Assembly: GCA_039806955.1 (NCBI GenBank)
Contig: JBDHQI010000005.1
Coordinates: 39,118 to 103,117, forward strand
DNA from: Verrucomicrobiota bacterium
GTDB lineage: Bacteria > Verrucomicrobiota > Verrucomicrobiia > Limisphaerales > JADLHS01
Length of the DNA stretch: 64,000 nt
Reading direction: 5' to 3'
The notes under the pieces are model-generated. The model did no database searches, was not told the origin of the DNA, and was given only the letters and a program-made list of their open reading frames with translations. Below, piece after piece: positions 49,071-60,120 of the stretch. Each line of letters opens with the position of its first letter. The stretch's first letter is position 1. The position numbers and the translations under genes were made by a program.

Positions 49071-52000
49071 TTACGGATACGCGAGCCGGAAAAATCGCTG
49101 CCCGCCCGAAACCGGGTAGTGATACGGACTGGTTGCATCAGGGACATCCGCGAAACCGCTGGACAAATCTGGAGCCGCTTCTAATCGAAATTGCGGATCG
49201 GGCCAAGTCAGGATCACTTCGCCACCGAGGTATTGAATGGTCAAAGCAATCGGCTCTGGAGTCGTAATGCCCGTCACGGCCGCAAAAGAGGTCCCGATAA
49301 CCAGATCATCGAGAGACAACGTACCCTCGCCAGAGGCTTGGCGCAGCGCGTATTGATAGATCGGGGTGTTTGTAACCGTAGTGGTATCCGTGACGTGTGT
49401 ATCGCTTTCGCTGGTCGGATTGACCCAGATTGTGGACTGACCGTTGGAAAGCACCAAGCGAGTAACGACAGTGTAATCCTCTCCCGGAGTCAAATCTTGC
49501 GGGAATTGACCGCTGGTAGCATTGGCGTTGGAAGCATTGCCGATGCTTAAGCGAAGCTTGCCTTCGGCGGCACCATTGGTTGTGGCCCAGACCCGACCGT
49601 AGAAACCAAAAGTGCTGTTGTCCTTGAAATGGGCGAAATATGCGCCCGCACTAGTCGGCAGTACGGAGAAATTCACCTTGAAGCTGCTGTATAAAACCGC
49701 ACTGCTGTTGGTTTCATAAGGAGCACCAATGAGGGGAGCGTTGGCGTCCTGGGAGCGGGTGCCGTCAATTGTCACCTTCCCATTGGACACGGTCAGCGCC
49801 GTTGACCCGCTATGATCGGTCCAAAAACGGCCACTGGCATCAACCAGATTACCGTCCGTGTAGCTGAAGAGATCATTAAAAATCACGTTGGCATTGGAGC
49901 GCACCACCAGGGCAAATGTCGTGGTAGTCGTACTGTTTCCGTCACTCACCGAAAGGCGGACTGGAGCCGTGCCCAGCGTGTCTGCCGCCGGAGTCAGGAC
50001 CAGTTCTCGATTGGCCCCGGTGCCGGTGATGGTGATGTTGGCGGGCGGCAATAACTCCGTATTTAATGAATCATAGGACAAGGTCAGGCCGCTCACGGGG
50101 CTGTCATCACCGATCACAAACGGAATGGTAACGGGCGTATTGACCAACGTGTTGGTGTTGGAAATTTGCGTGATCGTCGGCGGAACATCCAGCGGGTCCA
50201 GCGTCAGATTAAACCACGCCACGGCAACATCCACTCCATCCGAAACTGAAACCAGGATCGCTACCGTGCCGACGCTCCCGTTCGGCGTAATCGTAAGATT
50301 CCGACTGGCCCCCGAACCGCCTGGAACAATCATGAAATCCGAAACCAATGTTTGATCATAGGAAATCGCCGTGACATCCAATGCACTGGCGGAAGTTTCC
50401 GCGTCACCCACGGTAAAGTTGATCACAATCGGAGTGTCGCTCCGGGTGTTTTGATTCTCGATGCTACTGATGGTGGGCGGTATATTACCGGCTTCAATCG
50501 GTTCCGCCTCAACTTTGACCAGGTCATAACTCAGTGTGCCACTAGTGCCATACGAGGCCGTCGTTCCAGCAATACCGACGTAGTTTGAATTGTCAACGGC
50601 GCCGAGCGTAGCGGTGGCTTCAAATTCACTCACCACCCGAAACGCAAAATCAGGGTTATTCACCACCCCCGGGAAACCGACCAGCGAGTAGGAGCGAGAC
50701 TCCCAGGCGGATGCCCCGAAAAACGCAGTGCTGGTGGGATAATCCGTGTAGTCCACGCCATTGGTGGTGAACTGCAAGCGGGTGTATTTACTGGCCGTGG
50801 AGCTGGCGCGTTGATCGAAGGAGACGGTCAGGTTCTTAAAGCCCACCGTGCTGACCGAGAATTGGACGCCAGCCTGTTTGTTTGACGTGCCGTTGTTCGG
50901 ATAGGTCGCCGTGCCATAGTAATAGTTAGTTGCGCCAATCATGGAATTGTACGGGTCATTGGGCGTGCCGCCAGTCGGTTGGAAGCTATTGGTGGTCCCG
51001 ACCGTGGTGGTTCGCGCGGTGCCCTGACCTTGCGACGGCGCGGCGCTGGCGGTATCCAGCCCGAGCGCATTGTAATCCCAAGTCACCAATGCGCCGGAAG
51101 TCGCAACGTCCAACGTGGCCGGTTCACTGGTGATCGAGCCGTTTCCACTGGTGACGATTACAAAATAGGAGTCCGCATCACCCGCCGCAGTTTCATTGAT
51201 GTAAAGCGTCTTGGTTTGCGAACCGCTGATTTTTCCGCCATCGCTCAACGCCGTGTTCGCTCCCGGCGCCGGCTGGCCACGGTACCATTGATAAGTGAGA
51301 GGCGCCACCCCGGCGGCGTTCACACTGAAGGCGGTCGTCGAGCCGGCCAAATTCACCTGGCTCACCGGTTGAAAATTGATCGCTGGATCCGTGACCGATA
51401 ACGTCACGAGCGGACTGGTCGCGGTGAGCGTGGACGCATTGGAAACAATGACGTAATAACTTCCCGTGTCGGTCGCAACGACATTGGCCAAAGTCAACAT
51501 CGCTCCGGTCTGATCGAGCAGCAGGTCCGTGCCTCCGCCCGACTTGAACCAGTAATAGGTCAACGGCGCATCACCTTCCGAAAGCGTTACGGTAAAATTG
51601 ACCGTGGTGCCGGCGTTAACCGTGGCACTGGTCGGAGAAACCCCCGAAATGACCGGCGGTATCGCAGCTCCACACGAATGGGTCTGACTCGCACTGTTAC
51701 GGGGATTGGGCGCACCCACCACAAAGTCGGCGGCATTATTATCCGAATCCAAGCATCCTTCATTGGCCCGCTGAGCAGAAAGCGTGGCGCTGGGAGTAGG
51801 AGTCGCCCCACTACCTTCGTATGTGCCAGCATTACCAAACCCTACAAAATCAATAATTCCAACACCTATGCCACCTGGGACTGTTCCAGTAAGCGCCGTT
51901 GTGCTGTCGACCAACGCTACCTTCCCGCCGCCTGCACCCATTGCAATTGTTCCTATTACATCCGGCGTTGGCAAATCTACCGCGCCCCCCGAGCCTTGCG

Positions 52001-52310
52001 CTTCTTGAATGAGAAAATAACCGCCCGGCGGAATAATCGCACTCGTGGTGGCCAACGTTGTTACTGACCAAGAAGTACCTGCGGCTGAAGCGTATTGCAC
52101 GGACCAACCGTTAACGTCCACTGCGGAGTTACCGCGATTAAAAAGAACGATGAAATCGTTCTTGTAGGTTGCGCCACTATTTCCGCCACCGCCATACACC
52201 TCGGCGATGACCAGATTGGGCGAAGCCGCTTCCGCACTGATGGCAGCAAGCAGCAACGCAAAGCTTGCCAGCACGGCTTGCGTGGTTCGATGATTGCGAA
52301 TGTTTTTCAT
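49071..52310 (-). CDS. Giant secreted protein with lamin-tail domain and Ig-like repeats
   Basis: The start is taken at ATG 52310, which gives a signal peptide (MKNIRNHRTTQAVLASFALLLAAISAEA). LVIAEVYGGGGNSGATYKNDFIVLFNRGNSAVDVNGWSVQY is LTD-like. Repeated PLTYQWY / PLTYYWF Ig-like modules follow. Confidence 0.7.
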   Translation of the reverse strand: MKNIRNHRTTQAVLASFALLLAAISAEAASPNLVIAEVYGGGGNSGATYKNDFIVLFNRGNSAVDVNGWSVQYASAAGTSWSVTTLATTSAIIPPGGYFLIQEAQGSGGAVDLPTPDVIGTIAMGAGGGKVALVDSTTALTGTVPGGIGVGIIDFVGFGNAGTYEGSGATPTPSATLSAQRANEGCLDSDNNAADFVVGAPNPRNSASQTHSCGAAIPPVISGVSPTSATVNAGTTVNFTVTLSEGDAPLTYYWFKSGGGTDLLLDQTGAMLTLANVVATDTGSYYVIVSNASTLTATSPLVTLSVTDPAINFQPVSQVNLAGSTTAFSVNAAGVAPLTYQWYRGQPAPGANTALSDGGKISGSQTKTLYINETAAGDADSYFVIVTSGNGSITSEPATLDVATSGALVTWDYNALGLDTASAAPSQGQGTARTTTVGTTNSFQPTGGTPNDPYNSMIGATNYYYGTATYPNNGTSNKQAGVQFSVSTVGFKNLTVSFDQRASSTASKYTRLQFTTNGVDYTDYPTSTAFFGASAWESRSYSLVGFPGVVNNPDFAFRVVSEFEATATLGAVDNSNYVGIAGTTASYGTSGTLSYDLVKVEAEPIEAGNIPPTISSIENQNTRSDTPIVINFTVGDAETSASALDVTAISYDQTLVSDFMIVPGGSGASRNLTITPNGSVGTVAILVSVSDGVDVAVAWFNLTLDPLDVPPTITQISNTNTLVNTPVTIPFVIGDDSPVSGLTLSYDSLNTELLPPANITITGTGANRELVLTPAADTLGTAPVRLSVSDGNSTTTTTFALVVRSNANVIFNDLFSYTDGNLVDASGRFWTDHSGSTALTVSNGKVTIDGTRSQDANAPLIGAPYETNSSAVLYSSFKVNFSVLPTSAGAYFAHFKDNSTFGFYGRVWATTNGAAEGKLRLSIGNASNANATSGQFPQDLTPGEDYTVVTRLVLSNGQSTIWVNPTSESDTHVTDTTTVTNTPIYQYALRQASGEGTLSLDDLVIGTSFAAVTGITTPEPIALTIQYLGGEVILTWPDPQFRLEAAPDLSSGFADVPDATSPYHYPVSGGQRFFRLAYP

Positions 52311-52350
52311 GGTGTTCTCTTTTGTTGTTGATCGGCTGTTTGGTTGAAGT

Positions 52351-53169
52351 TCAATCCGGCGTGGTTGGCGTGGGATACCAATAGACCGCACGCGACTTGG
52401 CCCACTCGTTGGCGGCCCCGTTGTTGGCTTCCGCCGTGGTGCGCCAGAAATCATTCGTCCGGAAACTGCGGGCACTGCCGTCCACCATGGAGAAGTTGCC
52501 TACTTTGCCGTGCCGGGCGATGGCATAAAAACCCGTGGTAACGCTATTGGCAATTCCAACGGTTGGCGAATTGCCATCCACTTCGGCCAGAAAAACCGTG
52601 TCCGTTGGTTTCAAAACCTGTGAAACCTTGACTTGAGCCACACTCGGAGTGCCGAACCGAGTGCTGCGGTTGATGCAAATTCGGGAATTTTCTCCATACA
52701 TGAAAAACGCCTTGGTCAACGTGGGAATCCCTTTGGGAGGATAGACCGCCGCATTTGGCTTCGGCGCCGTCGGGCACGCATGCAGATTGCGGCTGCCGGG
52801 CAAAGGCGGATCAGCCGGGGTTTTTGTGTATAATTCAACCATGGAAGGCTGGCTGATCAATTTGGCCACCGAGTTATACCAGGCCTCGGTCAAATTACCC
52901 GAATTTGCGTCGTTGATGGCCGCTGCCGTATTCCCTTCCTCGGGCACAAAGTCGTTATTGTCTTCAGCATACAGCCGGAAACCCAACCCCCACTGACGCA
53001 TGTTGTTCAAACAAGAAATCTGTTGCGCCTTGGCTTTCGCCTTGGACAACGCGGGCAGCAACATCGCCGCGAGAATGGCAATGATGGCGATGACAACCAG
53101 CAGCTCAATCAAGGTAAAGGCGCGGCGGTGCGGCGGCAGCGGATGAAACATTGTCACTCGGAACGGCAT
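52351..53169 (-). CDS. Prepilin-type N-terminal cleavage/methylation domain protein with DUF1559
   Basis: [44 protein letters not shown] is the typical type IV pilin-like leader plus DUF1559 head. Confidence 0.8.
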   Translation of the reverse strand: MPFRVTMFHPLPPHRRAFTLIELLVVIAIIAILAAMLLPALSKAKAKAQQISCLNNMRQWGLGFRLYAEDNNDFVPEEGNTAAAINDANSGNLTEAWYNSVAKLISQPSMVELYTKTPADPPLPGSRNLHACPTAPKPNAAVYPPKGIPTLTKAFFMYGENSRICINRSTRFGTPSVAQVKVSQVLKPTDTVFLAEVDGNSPTVGIANSVTTGFYAIARHGKVGNFSMVDGSARSFRTNDFWRTTAEANNGAANEWAKSRAVYWYPTPTTPD

Positions 53170-53371
53170 GAAAAAAACTGGAAATGCGTGTTAGAATCGT
53201 TGGTTATCGTCACCGGGGCGGTTCTTCTTCGACCGCCGTAAGCCCCTTCGGTTTTCTTTCGTAACGACTCTAGGCAGCAGGCGACAAATTGCAAGGGTTT
53301 ATCCTGACGAATTATTCACAATTTGGAACGTGAATTCGAAATGTGAATTGACACGCGAGGCGCGCGACGAG

Positions 53372-54583
53372 TCAGTTGCGATTATCCAACTCCACGGCAC
53401 GACGGAGGCGATCAAAAAAATCCGGCAGCGCGGATTGGATGCGATTCCAATTCGGAATCAGCGGCGTCCACAACGAATCCTCCAAGAACGAACGGGTGGC
53501 GGCGCGGATTGAGCGCACAAAAGTGGCCACGGCGCGCTCCTCGTCATGGCGCGGATAGCGCAGGCCATTCAGCACCGCGTCGGCGGAGTAGAAGCGGAGC
53601 GTGTCCTCTGCCTGCCGCACGTAGGCGCTCAACAAGGTGTCAAACAAACCGGCATCCAACTTGATGCCTTCAGCGGCCATGCGCCGGAAAAACGAGCGAC
53701 TCACATCCGTGGCCATTTTGTTCAAGCCTTTCTCCATGTCGCGCGGAGAAAGTTCCTGATGTTTATGATCGTAATTGTCGCACAATTCGGACTGACAGAT
53801 CGCGCGCGGAGCGCTGTTGCGAAACACTTCCGCCAGCAACCCCACTTCCAACGCCCAATCGTGCGGAATGCGCACCCGGCGCACGAGGTCCATGTCCATC
53901 GAAAATTCGCCCGCCAGCGGGTATCGGAACGTATCCATGTAAACCAGATACGGATGGTGGCCGATGATGGATTTCAAAGCGCGCAACAAGGGCGTGACCA
54001 ACAGGCGCATGACCCGGCCGTTCAGTTTATCCGTCACCCGCGCGTAGTAGCCCTTGCAATAATCAAACCCCAGCGCCGGATGCGCCACGGGATAGCACAA
54101 CCGCGCCAGCAACTCGCGCGTGTAGGTGGTGATGTCGCAATCATGCACCGCCACCATCTGGGACTGCTCACTGGCCAGGGCGTAACCAAAGCAAATCCAG
54201 ACGTTGCGCCCTTTGCCCATGGTCCCCGGCGTCAACTCGGCATCATCTAGCTCGTGAAACAGACTCTGCATGCGCTGGCCGTTGTTCCATAGCAGCACGG
54301 GCTGTTGCGGCAGCCGGGTGAAAATCCGCTTGGCCCGCGCCCATTCCCGTTGGTTGGCGCCGTCAATGCCCACGATGACTTGCTTGAGGTACCGCACCTG
54401 TTGCAGTTCGCGGATGATGCCGCGCAACGCTTTCGTTCCCAACTCCCGTACGTGGCAGGGCAAAATCAGCGCGATCGGAGATTCCTCGGCAAATTCCAAC
54501 AGTTCACCTTCCATCCGGGCCAGGTTGGGTTGTCCCAAACGATGCAGCGTGGCGACCGCGCCAGTTTGAAAAAAATCCGACAT
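53372..54583 (-). CDS. Glycosyltransferase, glucosyl-/mannosyl-3-phosphoglycerate synthase-like
   Basis: The internal start gives MSDFFQTGAVATLHRLG. GKGRNVWICFGY and VAVHDCDI blocks resemble GpgS-type enzymes as I remember them. The specific substrate is not established. Confidence 0.5.
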   Translation of the reverse strand: MSDFFQTGAVATLHRLGQPNLARMEGELLEFAEESPIALILPCHVRELGTKALRGIIRELQQVRYLKQVIVGIDGANQREWARAKRIFTRLPQQPVLLWNNGQRMQSLFHELDDAELTPGTMGKGRNVWICFGYALASEQSQMVAVHDCDITTYTRELLARLCYPVAHPALGFDYCKGYYARVTDKLNGRVMRLLVTPLLRALKSIIGHHPYLVYMDTFRYPLAGEFSMDMDLVRRVRIPHDWALEVGLLAEVFRNSAPRAICQSELCDNYDHKHQELSPRDMEKGLNKMATDVSRSFFRRMAAEGIKLDAGLFDTLLSAYVRQAEDTLRFYSADAVLNGLRYPRHDEERAVATFVRSIRAATRSFLEDSLWTPLIPNWNRIQSALPDFFDRLRRAVELDNRN

Positions 54584-54650
54584 GAGGGGAATGTTATCGC
54601 TTGTCACGGCCAACCCTGACAAGCTTCGATTTCAAAAAGTTCGGTCGAGG

Positions 54651-56225
54651 GTGCGTGTAGCCGTGACGTTAATCATTGTTCATTATCATTTTCGCCCGGG
54701 AGGAATCCGGCGCGTCGTGGAGTTGGCGACGCCGCATCTGCGACGGGTGCTGCCGCGACTCGATACCGTACTGCTGGTTTCCGGCGAAGCTCAAGATGTC
54801 GCCTGGAATCGGAATTTCGCCAAACTGATCGCGCCCGCCAGACTGCGCTTTCACACTGTGGCCGAACTGGGTTACTTCTCGGAATTATCCGCCTCAAGCC
54901 TGGTAATCCGCCGTCGGATTCGGCAGCAACTGGCACAGATATTCACCGGGCACACACCTGATAATTGCGTGGTGTGGGCGCATAATCTCGGCATTGGTCG
55001 CAACGCCATTCTCGCGGAAGAACTGACGCGCGATTGTGCGGCGCGGCGACTGCGTCTGATCTCGCATCACCACGACTGGTGGTTTGACAACCGCTGGCTG
55101 CGCGTGCCGGAATTACGCCGCTCGGGCTATCCCAACCTGGCGGCAATTGCGCGCACCATTTTTCCGCACGGAGCGGAAATACGTCACGCCGCCATCAACC
55201 AGGAAGACGCGAAAATTTTATCCGCCTCCCTCAAGACAAGCAGTGCGTGGTTGCCGAACCTCGCCGAACCTCTGCCAGCACCGCCCGCGGCGCGCGTCAC
55301 TGCGGCGCGGCGCTGGTTGTACCGGCGGCTGGATCACGATGGTGCGCCGGTCTGGCTGCTGCCCTGCCGCTTGTTGCGACGCAAGAACGTGGCGGAAGCG
55401 CTGTTGCTGACGCGGTGGTTGCGACCCGAAGCGTGGCTGGTCACCACCGGCGATGTCAGTTCGGCGGACGAGCTGCCGTATTTTCAGAAGTTATCTGACG
55501 CAGCGCGGCGGCATCACTGGCGGCTGCGCCTGGGCGTCTTGCAAGGAAGCGAAGCGCGCAAACCGACGGTGCCGGAATTACTGGCGGCGTCAGAAGCCGT
55601 TCTGCTGACTTCGATCCAGGAAGGATTCGGTTTGCCGTATCTGGAAGCGGCGGCGACCGGACGGCCCTTGATCGCTCGCGAGCTACCCAACATTGCGCCC
55701 GATCTGGCGCGGTTTGGGTTTCGCTTTCCGCAATCCTACCCGGAAATCCAGATTCCGCTTGAACTGTTCGATTACCACGCTGAACGCGCGCGCCAGGAAA
55801 AACTCTTCGTCCGCTGGCGGCGCGCTTTACCAACGGCATTGCGGACGCTGGCCGACACCCCGGCGTTACTGCAAACCTCACGCGCGGATCAAACCGTGCC
55901 GTTCAGTCGTCTTACACTTACCGCCCAATTGGAAGTACTGGAGGTTCCGGTCGCGCGCTCACGTGAGTTAGGGCAACAGGCCAATCCTTTTCTGCGCGAG
56001 TGGCGGGAACGAGTGCGGCGAAAGCGACTGCAGGTGACCACCTGGCCCGCGCAAGCGGATCGTTGGCTCGGCGGACGCAGTTACGCGCGGCGGTTCATTC
56101 GCCTGCTGAAAACTTCGTCGCCGCGCGCGGCAGCGCCCGATCCAACAGCATTACAAGCGGCTTTTGTCGCGAAAAAGCTTTGCGCGGCAAACCTTTATCC
56201 GCTTTTATGGACAAAAGAACCATGA
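54651..56225 (+). CDS. GT4-like glycosyltransferase
   Basis: The C-terminal LLTSIQEGFGLPYLEAAATGRPLIAR is the GT4 E-x7-E region. The start is uncertain (GTG 54651 or 54663). The ORF-track start at 54582 overlaps the divergent gene. Confidence 0.5.
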   Translation: MRVAVTLIIVHYHFRPGGIRRVVELATPHLRRVLPRLDTVLLVSGEAQDVAWNRNFAKLIAPARLRFHTVAELGYFSELSASSLVIRRRIRQQLAQIFTGHTPDNCVVWAHNLGIGRNAILAEELTRDCAARRLRLISHHHDWWFDNRWLRVPELRRSGYPNLAAIARTIFPHGAEIRHAAINQEDAKILSASLKTSSAWLPNLAEPLPAPPAARVTAARRWLYRRLDHDGAPVWLLPCRLLRRKNVAEALLLTRWLRPEAWLVTTGDVSSADELPYFQKLSDAARRHHWRLRLGVLQGSEARKPTVPELLAASEAVLLTSIQEGFGLPYLEAAATGRPLIARELPNIAPDLARFGFRFPQSYPEIQIPLELFDYHAERARQEKLFVRWRRALPTALRTLADTPALLQTSRADQTVPFSRLTLTAQLEVLEVPVARSRELGQQANPFLREWRERVRRKRLQVTTWPAQADRWLGGRSYARRFIRLLKTSSPRAAAPDPTALQAAFVAKKLCAANLYPLLWTKEP

Positions 56226-56944
56226 AAGTTCGCGCGATCATTTTCGACATTTACGCCACCCTGCTGCAGGTTGGGCTGCCGCCCAAACACGCCGACGAGG
56301 AGTGGCAGCAGTTGTTCAAAGATCTGATGCACTGCGATCCGCCGCTGGGGCGGCTGGAATTTTCCATCGCGTGTAATCGTGCGATCATGCTGCGTCACAA
56401 TTCCGCCAAGGCGCGCGGGATCGCCTGTCCGGAAGTGGTCTGGGCGGCGGTGATCCGCGAGCTGCTGCCGGACTTTGCGAAACTCAAAGCCAGCCAGAAG
56501 GAAGAATTTATTTACCGCCAAATTCAGATTGGCCGCAGCATCAGCTTGATGCCAGGCGCGGGAGAAACCTTGCGCTGGCTGGACGGCAAGAAATGCGCGC
56601 TCGGCATCGCCTCGAACGCGCAAGCTTACACGATCCGCGAAGTGGACGCAGAATTGCAGAAGGAAGGTTGTCATTGGAAGATGTTCGACGCTGACCTTTG
56701 TTATCTGAGCTATCGCTTCGGCTTTAGCAAACCCGATCCCTACGGTTTTCAAATTTTGCGCACGCGTTTGGAAGCGCGCGGCATTGATCCCAATGAAACC
56801 TTGATGGTCGGAGACCGGCTGGACAACGACATCATCCCCGCGCGACTCCACGGTTTCCAAACCTGGCATTTGAAATCTCCCAGCCCGGAATCCCAGTCCG
56901 GACCGTGGAAGAAATTGCACGCACACCTCATGCGCGTGCTGTAA
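56222..56944 (+). CDS. HAD superfamily phosphatase
   Basis: It has an ATGA overlap with the upstream GT gene. MKVRAIIFDIYATLL is HAD motif I (with an unusual DxY) and MVGDRLDNDI is motif IV. Confidence 0.65.
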   Translation: MKVRAIIFDIYATLLQVGLPPKHADEEWQQLFKDLMHCDPPLGRLEFSIACNRAIMLRHNSAKARGIACPEVVWAAVIRELLPDFAKLKASQKEEFIYRQIQIGRSISLMPGAGETLRWLDGKKCALGIASNAQAYTIREVDAELQKEGCHWKMFDADLCYLSYRFGFSKPDPYGFQILRTRLEARGIDPNETLMVGDRLDNDIIPARLHGFQTWHLKSPSPESQSGPWKKLHAHLMRVL

Positions 56945-56957
56945 CGGCACCGGCCAC

Positions 56958-58358
56958 TCAATCTTCCTGCGCCGGACGGAGCGCCGGATCATCCAGATCG
57001 AGCCGATACAACACTTGATTGTAATCGTAACGGGGGGTGGGATGCGGATGATTGGCGAAGGTTTGTGTGTACGTGCCCTCGAAAAACAGAAACGCCGAGT
57101 TGGTGGGCGTAAATTCCGGATGCAACCGCGGATTGTAGAAGGTGTAATTGGCGTGTGAAAGAATCTTCACTGCGTGTCCCCACGGTCCGGTTGGCGCTGA
57201 CGCTTCGGCATACCATAGTTCGCCAAAGGCGGACGGGCGTCCAAATTTTTCCATGAAGACCGCCACCCAACGTTGCCGAAATTCATTCCAGGCCAGGTGG
57301 CCGCTGTGCGGGGTGACTTTTTCATCCGATCCTGAGCGCAGCGTGGCGGGCGGCGTCAGCGTTTCCCAATGCTCGGTATCGCGCCAGGCTTCATACGTGG
57401 CGGGAAAACGCAGCCGCGGGAACGGATCGCCCAACAGCACCCATTCCTGCCCTTGCGCATCCTTCCAAAACGCGGGCTGCCCTTCCGGCAGAGGCGGATG
57501 CGTCTCCGATGCTTCGGTCTTTTTCCAGAGCACACGCCGTGGTTCAAACGTCGCCGCCGCCTCATTCCACTCGCACAAACCAAATTCATACGCCGCCAAC
57601 GGAGGGGTGATTTTAGCGTAGGTCGCGACGAGATGCGGCTGCCCCGATTGATCGTGCAACGTCAGGTAAGCGGAAAGCCAGGTTGGTCCGCTCCCGGCCA
57701 TTTGGGCGACGCCGCGTGGCTGCCCGTGGTCATCAGTGAAGTAATCCAGCTTCAATCGCAACGGCGGCTGGAACTGGGTCAGCGGTTGGATCGCACTCGT
57801 CGCGCTGGTGCTGTGAAAAACGCCCAACGGATAACGCGGCAAGGTTGTGTCGCCCCAAAGCCAGAACAGTTTGCCGCGATAAACGGCAGTTTGTACGCTG
57901 TCGCAACCGAACACCCCCGTTTCGGCCCAGTCCAGCTCACGCCCCAGTTTCTGGCTTTCCGCAAACAGCCCCGCCCCGGTGATCCGACCCATCCGTTTGG
58001 CGATCATGGTGCGACGCACTTCAATGCGCAGTTGTTTGCCCGGCTCCGGTCGCAAACGCACCCCGCGATAACCAAAGCCATCCTTGACCACTTCGTAACC
58101 GTCGCCAAAAACCTCAAACCAAACCTCACGATCCATCAGCTCGGGCGCATCACAGGCAATCATGCCGGCGTTGTCTGAAAAGAATTCCAGTTGATGCGTC
58201 GTGCGCAGCCCCACCAGCGGCACCGGCCAGCCCGTGCCCGCTTCCACAATCGCAATGCCACACGGCGCGGGTCTGCTGCGCTCCGCGCCCCGGAGCGACT
58301 CCACCAGCAGCAAAACCAGCAGAAGCCCAAGGCCGTAACTAAACCAATGTCGTCGCAC
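56958..58358 (-). CDS. Secreted hypothetical protein
   Basis: 466 aa with a signal peptide (HWFSYGLGLLLVLLLVESLRGA). No motif confidently recognised. Confidence 0.5.
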   Translation of the reverse strand: MRRHWFSYGLGLLLVLLLVESLRGAERSRPAPCGIAIVEAGTGWPVPLVGLRTTHQLEFFSDNAGMIACDAPELMDREVWFEVFGDGYEVVKDGFGYRGVRLRPEPGKQLRIEVRRTMIAKRMGRITGAGLFAESQKLGRELDWAETGVFGCDSVQTAVYRGKLFWLWGDTTLPRYPLGVFHSTSATSAIQPLTQFQPPLRLKLDYFTDDHGQPRGVAQMAGSGPTWLSAYLTLHDQSGQPHLVATYAKITPPLAAYEFGLCEWNEAAATFEPRRVLWKKTEASETHPPLPEGQPAFWKDAQGQEWVLLGDPFPRLRFPATYEAWRDTEHWETLTPPATLRSGSDEKVTPHSGHLAWNEFRQRWVAVFMEKFGRPSAFGELWYAEASAPTGPWGHAVKILSHANYTFYNPRLHPEFTPTNSAFLFFEGTYTQTFANHPHPTPRYDYNQVLYRLDLDDPALRPAQED

Positions 58359-58500
58359 GTTGATCGCAGTGTGTCGCAGTTGTCAGATCACGCAAGCTTG
58401 TTGTCATAATGCGCCGGCCCAAATGGTGCCGCCGCTGCGTAACCGCACCGCCGCGCAAAGTTTCGCTTGTGTCAAAAATGGCTGTCGCTATTGTCGCTCC

Positions 58501-58965
58501 ATGCGCCGATTGCGCTTTTACATCTGGTTGTTGGCCGCATTGCTGGCCAGTGTCAACAGCGCGACCGCCGCGACCGGTAAAGTGGTCAAGGTCTTGCCGC
58601 ACCTCCTCGACTTGCAAGGTCGGCACATGTTGTCGCCCAGTCTGTACGACCGGGACGCTTACCAGGCCCACCTGCGACAACATCCGGAACAATGTTCCGG
58701 CATCCGGTTCGACATCCAATGGCGCGGGCGGAGTCAGCGTGGTGAGAGTGCCGTGCTGCGCTTGCAGGTGCGCGGCACCGCCAAGGGCCAGGCGCCGCCG
58801 GAACTGCAACTGGAAACCACGGTGAAACTCACCGGCATCAGCCACTGGGCGGCATTGAAATTGGTGGGGGGACCATATCAGAAACTGGGCGAAGTCACCG
58901 CCTGGCGCGTGTCGCTCTGGGTCGGCGACGAGTTGCTCAGCGAACAAAAATCTTTTCTGTGGTAA
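58501..58965 (+). CDS. Small secreted hypothetical protein
   Basis: The internal ATG at 58501 gives the signal peptide MRRLRFYIWLLAALLASVNSATA. The upstream part of the track ORF is Cys/Arg-rich and unlikely to be coding. Confidence 0.4.
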   Translation: MRRLRFYIWLLAALLASVNSATAATGKVVKVLPHLLDLQGRHMLSPSLYDRDAYQAHLRQHPEQCSGIRFDIQWRGRSQRGESAVLRLQVRGTAKGQAPPELQLETTVKLTGISHWAALKLVGGPYQKLGEVTAWRVSLWVGDELLSEQKSFLW

Positions 58966-59037
58966 GGCGGCCCGCACGCTTCCCGACTCAGAGCTGCAAT
59001 CGCGCGTTTGTGGCGACGAACGTCGAACCTTCAAATC

Positions 59038-60093
59038 CTAAACCGCATGTACCTTTTCCTGCGCTTGCAGGGCGGACTCGTAACATTCCAACGCCTCCTC
59101 ATAGCGTTCGAGCCGATTGAACAACCCGCCTTTTTGCAGATAGGCAATCGTTAAATCCGTGTTGGCAGCGATGGCTTGATCGTAGCAGGCCAGCGCCTCC
59201 TCCGGTTGCTGCAACGCTTCGAAAGCCAGCCCTTTCTTCACCAACGCCTCGCCGTGATTGGGTTCGTTTTGCAAAATGGCTTCAAAGCAAACCAGCGCTT
59301 CCTTGGGCTGATCCTGCGCCAGAAATTTCTGACCGCGCGCCAGCAGGTTTGCCGTCGAATCCACCGGTTCGGAGGCGTCGCTTTCGCCGTTGCGTTCAGC
59401 AACCCCCTCCTTCTCGGGCCGGGTTTCCGCTGGCTCGACCAACAACGGCGCGGCGGTATGCTCCAGTTGCAGAATGCGTTGTTCCAGGCGCGACAACACG
59501 CCAAACAACCGCTCCGAGGTCGGCGCGGGCAATCCAGTCTTCACCGCGGCAGCCTCGCCGGGCGGCAACGACAGAGCGGAGCGACTGCTCTGAATCTGCG
59601 CGGAAACTTCGGCCAGCCGATTGACCGAGCGCCATTGTAAATAGCCGGTAGCCAGCAAAATGAAAAAACCGACGCCAGCAATCGAACCGCCCACAATCAG
59701 GATGAGGCGATTATTGGTCGCCACGGTTTCCTGCATGGCGGCCCATTCTGCGGATTTCTGCCGATCCAGCGCCGCTTCCAAGTCACGCAATTTGGCCTCC
59801 AGCGCAGCGGTGGTTTTGGTGGCGAGCGCTTCCGCTTCCTGCCGATTGCGTTCCAGCGCGAGTTGGGTGGCGTGCAGTTGTTCCTGCATCTGCAAGTACG
59901 AACGCAACGCTTCCGAAGTGATGTCCACATTGGTTGCCACCGACCCGGCAACAATCTCTTCGGGGTCACCGCAAGCGGAAAATAAAAACAGCACCGCCAA
60001 TCCCAAGAGAGCGACTAGCATCAGGCGCCGGACCAATTTTTGAACGGTGTTCATAAGCCGCCTGAGACTGCGACGCGCGTGAATCGTTGTCAA
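59038..60093 (-). CDS. Membrane-anchored coiled-coil / TPR protein
   Basis: It has two TM segments, a Q/A/L-rich coiled-coil region and C-terminal TPR-like repeats. Confidence 0.55.
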   Translation of the reverse strand: MTTIHARRSLRRLMNTVQKLVRRLMLVALLGLAVLFLFSACGDPEEIVAGSVATNVDITSEALRSYLQMQEQLHATQLALERNRQEAEALATKTTAALEAKLRDLEAALDRQKSAEWAAMQETVATNNRLILIVGGSIAGVGFFILLATGYLQWRSVNRLAEVSAQIQSSRSALSLPPGEAAAVKTGLPAPTSERLFGVLSRLEQRILQLEHTAAPLLVEPAETRPEKEGVAERNGESDASEPVDSTANLLARGQKFLAQDQPKEALVCFEAILQNEPNHGEALVKKGLAFEALQQPEEALACYDQAIAANTDLTIAYLQKGGLFNRLERYEEALECYESALQAQEKVHAV

Positions 60094-60120
60094 TCCTGCG
60101 CCGATGAATTATTGCCCGTT

